The notes below the pieces were generated by a model that did not search any database, was not told the origin of the DNA, and saw nothing but the letters and a program-made list of their open reading frames with translations. From Candidatus Thorarchaeota archaeon (GTDB lineage Archaea; Asgardarchaeota; Thorarchaeia; Thorarchaeales; Thorarchaeaceae): a DNA stretch of 22,968 nt. Positions 15,832-22,968 of this stretch are shown here, one piece after another. Each line of letters begins with the position of its first letter. Positions within the stretch are counted from its first letter, which is position 1. Made by a program: the position numbers and the translations under genes. The stretch is taken from the NCBI GenBank assembly GCA_016840855.1, contig JAEORO010000033.1:1-22968 (forward strand), given 5' to 3'.

Positions 15832-16572
15832 CTAACGTCTCCTATTCTCTCTGTGGCGATCATCGCTCCTTCTATCTCTTCTGGGACCGCCTCTTCCACG
15901 TGGACCATCGAATCGTCTGCCTCCACGATCCTCACGGTCATATCTTCGACGTTCGTATGATCGTCTGCGAGGTGCTAGATCAGGTCTTGGCTCAATGCCA
16001 AATCTCAGACCATAATCATTTGCCACCTCTCGGGTTTCGCGATTCTCACAGCGTAGGCAAAACATGTTGTTATGAGTAGTAAGATTCAGGGGGTTTCCAC
16101 ACCTTACGCATAAAGCAAAGAGAACTCCGAGTTCAGGACCTACTAGGGTTAGTTCTACAGGAATCTCGTGTGTGTTTAGAGCTGCAGCACGAATTATGTC
16201 GTTCTGTTTTAGTACATCCTGCATGCTTTTCACATACCTTCGAGTCACGTTGCTTATGTGTAATTCACCAACAAGGCCGCTATGATAGTCTTGATCATTA
16301 ATCCTCACAATTTTGACTTCAGCTCGTTGGTCAAAAACAATAGTGACCTCACCCATCAAAATATCGCCTTTTTTTGGAAGGGATAGTTTCATTTCACCGT
16401 TGGGACCAACAATTCTGATACTACGTTCCTTGAGGTCCATGTCGACTAGCCCAGGAGCCGCGGCATAAACAATGCCATCCTTCTCATAAGTACCAAAACT
16501 TGGCATCAACTCTTCAATGACACAGAGTTGATCACCTGGCACTACGATATCGCCGCTCTTCACATCTGCCAT
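15832..16572 (-). CDS. csl4: Exosome cap subunit Csl4 with an Arg/Asp/Gly-rich C-terminal tail
   Basis: VVPGDQL...EE...GTYE N-terminal domain, S1 domain (GELHISNV, DIIRA), Zn ribbon CVRCG...CLRCENRETREVA; ATG 16572 avoids overlap with the upstream gene. Confidence 0.93.
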   Translation of the reverse strand: MADVKSGDIVVPGDQLCVIEELMPSFGTYEKDGIVYAAAPGLVDMDLKERSIRIVGPNGEMKLSLPKKGDILMGEVTIVFDQRAEVKIVRINDQDYHSGLVGELHISNVTRRYVKSMQDVLKQNDIIRAAALNTHEIPVELTLVGPELGVLFALCVRCGNPLNLTTHNNMFCLRCENRETREVANDYGLRFGIEPRPDLAPRRRSYERRRYDREDRGGRRFDGPRGRGGPRRDRRSDDRHRENRRR

Positions 16573-16573
16573 T

Positions 16574-17212
16574 CTATTCACGCTCTTTGACACATATACG
16601 GTACAGATCTACATCCACCAAGTGTTTCGATTTTCTATGGAATTCGAACAGTCGACCAATTGGAAACTGGAACGTTTCAAGCTGTGTCACTGTGGCACCT
16701 AGTTTCTCTATCTCTTTGCTCAGGAACACCCTGTTCTTGTCGCCAGCGAGATGCATGCTGTATACCACATCAGCAATAGAGATTGCTGTTTTAAGGAATC
16801 TCAAATCGGCACCCCGATTCTTTACTCCGAACGGGGGATTACTTACTACAGTATCTATTTGACAACATAGCTGTAGGGAGGAAACATCACCCAGAACCCA
16901 GTCTACGGTGTCTTCTATTCCGAGCAATCGTGAGTTCATTTGAGACGCCTTTAAGGCTTTGCTTTGTACATCAATTCCAATGACCTTGCTTGCACCTAGT
17001 AACGCTGCTCCAATTGCGAAGATTCCATCACCACAGCCAAGATCCAACACAATTCTGTTTTCGATGTCTTTGTGTTCCATCTGAGCAGCATAAAGAACAG
17101 AAGCTGCAACTGAAGCTGGAGTAGGGTACTGTTCTAGAGATACATTGTATTCATCCAAACGCTTCATTAATTCAAGTGCAATTTCAAGGTCTTTCAGACG
17201 CAAGAACTCCAC
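16574..17212 (-). CDS. METTL5-family (COG2263) SAM-dependent RNA N6-adenine methyltransferase
   Basis: LEQYPTP, VLDLGCGDG, NPPFG, VYSMH and FEFH motifs. Confidence 0.9.
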   Translation of the reverse strand: MEFLRLKDLEIALELMKRLDEYNVSLEQYPTPASVAASVLYAAQMEHKDIENRIVLDLGCGDGIFAIGAALLGASKVIGIDVQSKALKASQMNSRLLGIEDTVDWVLGDVSSLQLCCQIDTVVSNPPFGVKNRGADLRFLKTAISIADVVYSMHLAGDKNRVFLSKEIEKLGATVTQLETFQFPIGRLFEFHRKSKHLVDVDLYRICVKERE

Positions 17213-17428
17213 CTATTTGCTGTTTTATTTGTTGAATAAGTAATCTCCATACTGCTGAATTATGTTACTATATGTCCCAAAGACCTAAGTAATACCCACT
17301 CTTATCAGTTCCATATGTTGCATAGGCTCCACTCGAAGTCCACTGGAACTTGCCTCAAGTTCTTATGGAAGTATTTATGACCAAGGTAGTACCGTACATG
17401 TCAGGTTCAGACTGGAGAAGATGATGAG
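17213..17428. other. Candidate replication origin / Orc1-binding region (mini-ORB-like boxes plus AT-rich stretch)
   Basis: TCCACTCGAA (17328-17337) and TCCACTGGAA (17339-17348; reverse strand GTTCCAGTGGA equals the ORB core), GTTCTTATGGAAG (17359-17371), AT-rich 17214-17275, directly upstream of cdc6. Confidence 0.55.
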
Positions 17429-18676
17429 ATGGAGAAACCACTCGATAAGTTATTTGATAAATTCTTGCAAGGTCAAGCCATTTTCAGAGATAGAACAGCT
17501 CTTAGACCTACTTACGTACCACAGAACCTCCCATATAGAGATGACCAAATGAGTCGAATTGGGTCAATCTTAGGACCAGCACTCAGGGGCGCTCCACCAT
17601 CAAACATTCTGTGCTACGGGAAGACTGGAACTGGAAAAACTGTAGTGGCAAGATATGTACTGGATATGTTGGTGAAAAAGGCAAAAGAGAGTGGGATAAA
17701 TGCACCTTTGACCGCTTTTGTTAACTGTAGGATAGTGGGCACAAACTATCGAGTTCTGAAACGACTTTGTGACCAGATAGATGCAACAATGCCAGACGGG
17801 ACTGAAGTGCCTTTCACAGGTCTTCCGACCGATGAGATTCGGGATGTTCTCAAGAACAAGTTGGATTCCGAAACAAACATACTTACAGTTGTACTTGATG
17901 AAGTTGATAGTTTATTGAAACGTGACGTTGGACAAGGTAACGATATTCTCTACGGGTTGACAAGAATGAACGGGGAGCTGGAGAATAGTAGAATATCGAT
18001 TATAGGCATAAGTAATGATTTGAAATTCAAAGAGATGCTTGACCCTAGAGTTTTGTCAACCCTTGGGGAAGAAGAGGTTATTTTCTCGCCTTATAATGCT
18101 GTAGAACTGAAAGGCATCCTAAAACAAAGAGTTGAACTTGCTTTCAATCGTAACGCCATAAGCGATGAGGGAGTAATCAATCTTGTTGGAGCACTAGCAG
18201 CACAAGAGCATGGAGATGCTCGCAGAGCACTCGATCTATTAAGAACTGCAGGAGAACTTGCTGAGAGAAGAGGTGACAGTACAGTCACCCAAGACCATGT
18301 ACGAGAAGCACAAAAGGTCATTGAACGTGATACTATAACTGAAACAGTGAAAACGCTTCCAATGCAGTCAAAAGCTGTTCTTTTTGCAGTCTATGTATTG
18401 GCAAGTAAGGGTCAAAGAGATATCTTCACTGGCGAGTGCTATAATATCTACTCAGAGATTGCCAAATCTCTTTCATTGGACACGCTGACCCAACGGCGCG
18501 TATCCGATTTAATCTCTGAATTGGATATGTTGGGGTTGATTAATACTACAGTGATTTCAAAAGGCCGATATGGGAGAACAAAGAAGATCAAATTAGCTGT
18601 TAGCAAGAAGCAGATTGGTGTCATTCTGGATGATGATATTCGTCTCAGTAAGGTCGCACAAGAAATTCTTGATTAA
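17429..18676 (+). CDS. cdc6: Orc1/Cdc6 replication initiator
   Basis: Walker A YGKTGTGKT, Walker B VVLDEVD, GDARRALDLLR sensor-2, C-terminal wHTH ending GRYGRTK. Confidence 0.97.
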   Translation: MEKPLDKLFDKFLQGQAIFRDRTALRPTYVPQNLPYRDDQMSRIGSILGPALRGAPPSNILCYGKTGTGKTVVARYVLDMLVKKAKESGINAPLTAFVNCRIVGTNYRVLKRLCDQIDATMPDGTEVPFTGLPTDEIRDVLKNKLDSETNILTVVLDEVDSLLKRDVGQGNDILYGLTRMNGELENSRISIIGISNDLKFKEMLDPRVLSTLGEEEVIFSPYNAVELKGILKQRVELAFNRNAISDEGVINLVGALAAQEHGDARRALDLLRTAGELAERRGDSTVTQDHVREAQKVIERDTITETVKTLPMQSKAVLFAVYVLASKGQRDIFTGECYNIYSEIAKSLSLDTLTQRRVSDLISELDMLGLINTTVISKGRYGRTKKIKLAVSKKQIGVILDDDIRLSKVAQEILD

Positions 18677-18696
18677 ACTGGTTAAGATTCGAGATA

Positions 18697-20319
18697 CTAT
18701 GAAGACATATCATAGAAGAATCTCACGTCAGGAGCACCAGTTCTGAGATTCAATAATGTGACAATACCAGGCGTTGGCACCACTCCTTGTTTACGCATAA
18801 AGTCAGTCTGGGACTGAAATGTTCCAGAATTAATGATTTGGACACCACGATAGTTGTCAACAGCATTATGATGGCAATGACCAAAATGCACTACATCTGG
18901 AGGCGTATCAATCACCATCCAATCCCTATGAAGTGGCGCAAGCTCGGTCTTCCCCCCATACATGGGAACAAGATGACGTTTCTTGAGAAGTTCTATCATT
19001 GGTGTTGCAGGTTCTGTATATGATGCACCAGGTATGTTTGTGACGAGATCATCAAGGCTGTCCCCATGAGTCAAGAGAACATTCACTCCCTCAACAACCA
19101 CTTGACTCGGGTCGCCTAACATTGTTATTCGATTTCCTAGCTTGTATAATGGGTGTGCAAATTCTTCCGCTATAGGGGGTTTTGGAAGAGCTTGTCGATT
19201 AGCATCATGGTTCCCAGGGATGCAGAAAATCTTGACCAAATTGGGAAGTTTACTTAGCTTGCTCGCAAAAAGGGCATATTGTTCATAAATGCTCTCAATT
19301 TTCAAGTCATCTCTCTGTGTGGGGTAGACACTAATTCCATCTATCATATCACCAGCAACAAAGAGATACCTGACTTGTTTCACAAGTGCTTTGTCTTCTT
19401 CATCAATATCTCGCCCGTTCATCCAAGCAATAAACCGATCAAACTCATCTTCTAAGAATTCTTTACTACCACAGTGAATGTCTGAAATAAAAACTGCGTA
19501 GACATCTCTTCTTGCTCTACCTACATCTCGAGCTGTTGGAATATCGGGAAAGATTACATCATCCGCAATCATTCTTGCATTCTCATCAACGAAACCAGAG
19601 ATGCAGGTAATCTCATCAAGAAGTAAGGAGTTAGCTTTTTCGGAAAGCTGTTGGCCCTTCAAGCCTTCTCTAGTTGCAGGAATGATGCAGATAATCGAGT
19701 CGTCTGTATCCTCAAGTTCAATGATTATATTTCGTGATTGGGAGATACTCTTATTCTTTACAATTCCAAGAACTGTCTGGGTCGTGCGATTTGTCGTGCG
19801 TATGCCCTCTCGGGTCATTGCCCTTCTTTGTTTTGCAGAGTCTTTTCTCAATTTGGCTATCTGCGGGGATACTGCATTTTGGGTATCAATTCGACTCATG
19901 AATATTCGTTTTATACGATTAAAGCGATCTATGAAAAGCGCTAGGAAGTCCTCGACAGTTCCCCCGGAGCCTACCTGTGATGCTTCAGGGTTTTTCAGTA
20001 TTTGAAAAGACCACTCAGCTTCATTCTCCATAACTGAGCTTGGTAGTGGGGCTTCAATCTCTTTTCTTTCAGGTTCGTCTTCACTTGCTTCAGGCTCTTC
20101 TCTTTGAGATGTTTCAAAGATTCTTCCTTCGACAAGTGATTCAACGTAAGGACGTGAGAGAACAGGAGGGTGCTTTTCAGTTTTGTTGGCTATAAGAATT
20201 GACTTGATTGTTTCAATGGGAGTTTCTAGATTTAGGATATACTCGAGTGCTTCAGGTGCTACTTGGAGCCCTGACTCAATTAGTAATTTTAACACATTTC
20301 GTCGAATCGAGGATGTCAA
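18697..20319 (-). CDS. polB: DNA polymerase D small subunit DP1 (3'-5' exonuclease)
   Basis: Calcineurin-like motifs SDIHCGS, GDMIDG, PGNHD, THGDS, FGHCH and NSGTFQSQTDF; OB domain; TTG start. Confidence 0.95.
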   Translation of the reverse strand: MTSSIRRNVLKLLIESGLQVAPEALEYILNLETPIETIKSILIANKTEKHPPVLSRPYVESLVEGRIFETSQREEPEASEDEPERKEIEAPLPSSVMENEAEWSFQILKNPEASQVGSGGTVEDFLALFIDRFNRIKRIFMSRIDTQNAVSPQIAKLRKDSAKQRRAMTREGIRTTNRTTQTVLGIVKNKSISQSRNIIIELEDTDDSIICIIPATREGLKGQQLSEKANSLLLDEITCISGFVDENARMIADDVIFPDIPTARDVGRARRDVYAVFISDIHCGSKEFLEDEFDRFIAWMNGRDIDEEDKALVKQVRYLFVAGDMIDGISVYPTQRDDLKIESIYEQYALFASKLSKLPNLVKIFCIPGNHDANRQALPKPPIAEEFAHPLYKLGNRITMLGDPSQVVVEGVNVLLTHGDSLDDLVTNIPGASYTEPATPMIELLKKRHLVPMYGGKTELAPLHRDWMVIDTPPDVVHFGHCHHNAVDNYRGVQIINSGTFQSQTDFMRKQGVVPTPGIVTLLNLRTGAPDVRFFYDMSS

Positions 20320-20363
20320 TAGGCCACCGACCTAGGATGTACGTGTTTCTCGTTTTAAACATC

Positions 20364-20376
20364 ATCCATCATGGAT
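20364..20376. promoter_or_regulatory. Palindrome ATCCAT-C-ATGGAT next to the DP1 TATA box
   Basis: 6-1-6 inverted repeat immediately upstream of minus-strand TTTAAAA (20353-20359) in the divergent DP1/phoU spacer. Confidence 0.3.
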
Positions 20377-20466
20377 ATGAATTTAGAAAAAAGAGAGCTG
20401 CGGGAAACGTAATAAGCCGCCTGCTTAGAATTCAATTGGCGCCTTCCTCAATTGGGTGAAAAGAGT

Positions 20467-21444
20467 ATGGTTAACATAAGACGACTCCAGCAGACCGGCG
20501 GAAAAAATGGAAGTTCCTTTTTGATAATACTGCCTAAAGACTGGATAGTTAGACAAAAGTTGAGTAAAGGGGATCCAGTGGTAGTTGCAGAACGTGAAGA
20601 TGGCTGCCTAATTGTAGATCCACGGCTTCCAAAAGCTGGTGAGAGAAAGACAACTACTGCACAGATAGAGCAAAATCTAAGGTGGGAAATAACAAGTAGA
20701 TATCTACTAGGTTTTGATGAAATACGTATTGTTAGTGAAGAGCCCATAACAAATACTCAAAGGGACAATCTAAAGGGGATAATCAAACGTTTTGTGGCAC
20801 TTGAAGTCACTGAAGAAGATGACTACCAGATAGTTGTGAGATGTCTTGTTGATCCTGCAACCTTACCTGTCAATACTGCAATGCGTAGGATGCATCTTAT
20901 CACATCAAGAATGATTAGTGATTCGTTGATGGCCTATATCGATGGTGTCAAAGATTTGGCTGATGAGGTTGTCCAGCGAGATGAGGAGGTCGACCGTTTA
21001 TTCTTTCTGATAGTTCGAGAATTGCGGTCTGCAATTCAATATCCTAGAATGAGTGAGATGATGAATATCGCGCCAGTTGAAGCACTTGATTTTCGGCTTG
21101 CTGTTCAATACATTGAAAGGATTGCGGATTTGGCTGTAGATGTTGCACAGAGGGTTGGGGATCCTGTAGACATTTCTCTAAAAAAGAAGATAGAACCAAT
21201 AGTGGAAAAAGTAAGCAAGATGTTCTCAAATGCATTCAATAATTTGTTCAAGTTTGATACAAAGAAAGTGATATCAGTAATCGAGTCGGAAAGAGAACTG
21301 ATTTCAGAAACAGGAAAGCTTAGACAGCATATTGTAGCAACTCCTAATGGACAGCCACAAACTCAGATTTTGGTTGTAGATAGTCTATTGAGAATGGGTG
21401 AGGCTGCAAAAGATATTGTCGACCTAGCTCTACCTCATAATTAG
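20467..21444 (+). CDS. phoU: AbrB/SpoVT-PhoU family regulator (archaeal phosphate uptake regulator type)
   Basis: N-terminal RRLQQTGG..SSFLIILPKDW AbrB domain; DEEVDRLFFL and IERIAD PhoU motifs; ATG 20467 preferred over TTG 20452. Confidence 0.9.
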   Translation: MVNIRRLQQTGGKNGSSFLIILPKDWIVRQKLSKGDPVVVAEREDGCLIVDPRLPKAGERKTTTAQIEQNLRWEITSRYLLGFDEIRIVSEEPITNTQRDNLKGIIKRFVALEVTEEDDYQIVVRCLVDPATLPVNTAMRRMHLITSRMISDSLMAYIDGVKDLADEVVQRDEEVDRLFFLIVRELRSAIQYPRMSEMMNIAPVEALDFRLAVQYIERIADLAVDVAQRVGDPVDISLKKKIEPIVEKVSKMFSNAFNNLFKFDTKKVISVIESERELISETGKLRQHIVATPNGQPQTQILVVDSLLRMGEAAKDIVDLALPHN

Positions 21445-21455
21445 AGGAATGATCA

Positions 21456-22838
21456 ATGAGTCAGAAACTATTTGGTACTTCTGGAATAAGGGGAACAATA
21501 ATTGACAAATCAACCCCTGATCTAGCACTTGGACTTGGTCGAGCACTTGGATCATTTTATGGTGGAAAAGGAGTCGTAGGAGTAGGTGTTGATGCTCGAA
21601 CTTCGCGCGAGATGTTGAAAAGTGCTCTTATCAGCGGACTGCTTTCAACAGGAATGCATGTAGTAGATTTAGGGATAGCACCTATGCCAACTGTGGCTTA
21701 TTATAGCACCATCAAAGAAATTTCTGCAACTGTCATCATAACAGCAAGCCACAATCCACCTACTGACAATGGATTCAAGTTCTTTTCATCAGGTCGAGAG
21801 TTCATCAGGTCTGAGGAGGAATTTTTAGAAAATTCAATACAAAACAAGCAGTATAAGGTTGCATCTTGGGACAAAATTGGACAGATTACAAAGAAAAACA
21901 TTAGATTGGACTACTTGTCTGATGTGAAAAAATTCTTGCTGAGCAGAGGTGAGTTAAGCAAAGGAACAAATGTTTTGGTTGATTTAGCAAATGGAGCAGC
22001 GACAGACTATACGCCAGAGTTGCTTGCAGATTTAGGGTTCTCGGTGACAACAATGAACTCACATCAGGATGGTCATTTTCCGGGTCGACCACCGGAACCA
22101 TCACCGAGAAACCTTGGCGATGCAATGAAGATGGCTGCAGAGTCTGATTTTGCTGTTACCATGTGCCACGACGGTGATGGTGACAGATTAGCGGTGATTG
22201 ACGAAGCAGGCGAATTCATTGACCAGAATCGTGTAATTGCAGTGTTTGCTAGGGACGAGGTGGAGAGGAATGGAGGAGGCATTGTGCTCACATCAATAGA
22301 CACTTCAAGTGTGATTGATGAGATTGTCAACGCTGTTGGAGGATCTGTAATTCGAATGCCTCTTGGGTCTCTTCAGGAGTTTCTTGTCACTGAGAAAGGA
22401 AAGGATGTGATTTTTGCCTCAGAGCCTTGGAAACCAATATTCGCCAAATTCGGTTGGTGGATGGATGGGATTACAGGTGCAGGTCGTTTTGCGCAACTTG
22501 TAGATGAACTAGGTGAAGGCAGTTGTATGAAGCTGATGGAAACAATTCCCAAGTATCCCATTCTGAGAGACTTTGTTTCATGTCCAGACAAGATTAAACA
22601 AACCTTTCTACCAAGAGTGAAAGAACTGCTTATTCCAGAGATTGATGGTGTGGAACAAGTGCTCGAAGTGGACGGAGTCCGAGTAGATTACAAAGATGGT
22701 TCTTATGTGCTGATTAGAGTTTCAGGGACTGAGCCAAAGGCCAGATTTTATGTTGGAGCCAAGTCACAGCAGGCATTGGACAAGATTGCAGCGGTAGCCA
22801 AGAAGATAATGGAGCAGGTATTGGATGAATTAAAATGA
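21456..22838 (+). CDS. Alpha-D-phosphohexomutase superfamily enzyme, most likely archaeal-type phosphopentomutase
   Basis: FGTSGIRG, TASHNPPTDNG, DGDGDR, RVSGTEP; sugar-binding loop IFASEPWK instead of GExS/NG, as in the Thermococcus phosphopentomutase. Confidence 0.8.
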   Translation: MSQKLFGTSGIRGTIIDKSTPDLALGLGRALGSFYGGKGVVGVGVDARTSREMLKSALISGLLSTGMHVVDLGIAPMPTVAYYSTIKEISATVIITASHNPPTDNGFKFFSSGREFIRSEEEFLENSIQNKQYKVASWDKIGQITKKNIRLDYLSDVKKFLLSRGELSKGTNVLVDLANGAATDYTPELLADLGFSVTTMNSHQDGHFPGRPPEPSPRNLGDAMKMAAESDFAVTMCHDGDGDRLAVIDEAGEFIDQNRVIAVFARDEVERNGGGIVLTSIDTSSVIDEIVNAVGGSVIRMPLGSLQEFLVTEKGKDVIFASEPWKPIFAKFGWWMDGITGAGRFAQLVDELGEGSCMKLMETIPKYPILRDFVSCPDKIKQTFLPRVKELLIPEIDGVEQVLEVDGVRVDYKDGSYVLIRVSGTEPKARFYVGAKSQQALDKIAAVAKKIMEQVLDELK

Positions 22839-22842
22839 GAAA

Positions 22843-22960
22843 TGGCGCCGGGGATGAGATTTGAATTCGTGCCTCGTGTCGTTTAATTACACGCGGTCTC
22901 ACGAGCCACAAAGGGCAGCGGTTTTCGAGACCGCCTCCATAGCCACTAGGAGACCCCGGC
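22843..22960 (-). tRNA. tRNA-Ser(CGA), intron-containing, CCA encoded
   Basis: Acceptor GCCGGGG/CCCCGGC plus G73-CCA; anticodon stem GCGGT/ACCGC with loop CT-CGA-AA; long variable arm GCC-CTTTGT-GGC; T stem GTGAG/CTCAT and loop TTCAAAT restored after removing 22866-22897. Confidence 0.93.
22866..22897 (-). other. 32-nt tRNA intron at non-canonical position 53/54
   Basis: Exon CGTG pairs with intron CACG (4-bp central helix); bulges AG|A and AA|T; intron hairpin CC-G-CGTGT/ACACG-A-GG. Confidence 0.88.
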
Positions 22961-22968
22961 TCACTTTG

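Noticed and set aside
15570-16079. 169-aa plus-strand ORF
   Set aside because: Antisense to rpoL and csl4; no recognisable motifs
19601-20005. 134-aa plus-strand ORF and the other short antisense ORFs in the track
   Set aside because: Mirror-frame shadows of well-supported genes
22714-22911. 65-aa minus-strand ORF
   Set aside because: Overlaps the tRNA and the antisense end of the mutase

Overview
Archaeal chromosomal core region, probably from an Asgard (Thorarchaeia-like) or related lineage; the taxonomy is an inference from gene content and protein style. Left half (mostly minus strand) is an energy-metabolism block: hdrC-hdrB-hdrA'(416 aa, QmoA-like)-hdrA''/ferredoxin/MvhD fusion (721 aa, QmoB-like), translationally coupled to an uncharacterised 754-aa helical protein with two winged-helix-like repeats and a 2x[4Fe-4S] domain. 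After it come an acyl-CoA dehydrogenase, a cupin, a DUF3795-like Cys-rich protein and a second, stand-alone mvhD that runs off the window and is missing from the ORF track. The middle is an informational supercluster (METTL5-like MTase, csl4, rpoL, RNase III-like protein, tfs, RPA14-like OB protein, two tandem PCNA paralogues, priS, gins15, two unknown small genes). It is transcribed away from a candidate Orc1-binding/origin region upstream of cdc6/orc1. The right end has PolD small subunit, an AbrB-PhoU regulator, an archaeal-type phosphopentomutase and a tRNA-Ser(CGA) with a 32-nt non-canonical T-arm intron. No CRISPR array or mobile element was seen. Top leads: the Hdr-coupled tandem-wHTH/Fe-S protein, the altered flavin-bifurcation residues in both HdrA modules, the tandem PCNAs with a perfect operator-like palindrome, and the T-arm tRNA intron.
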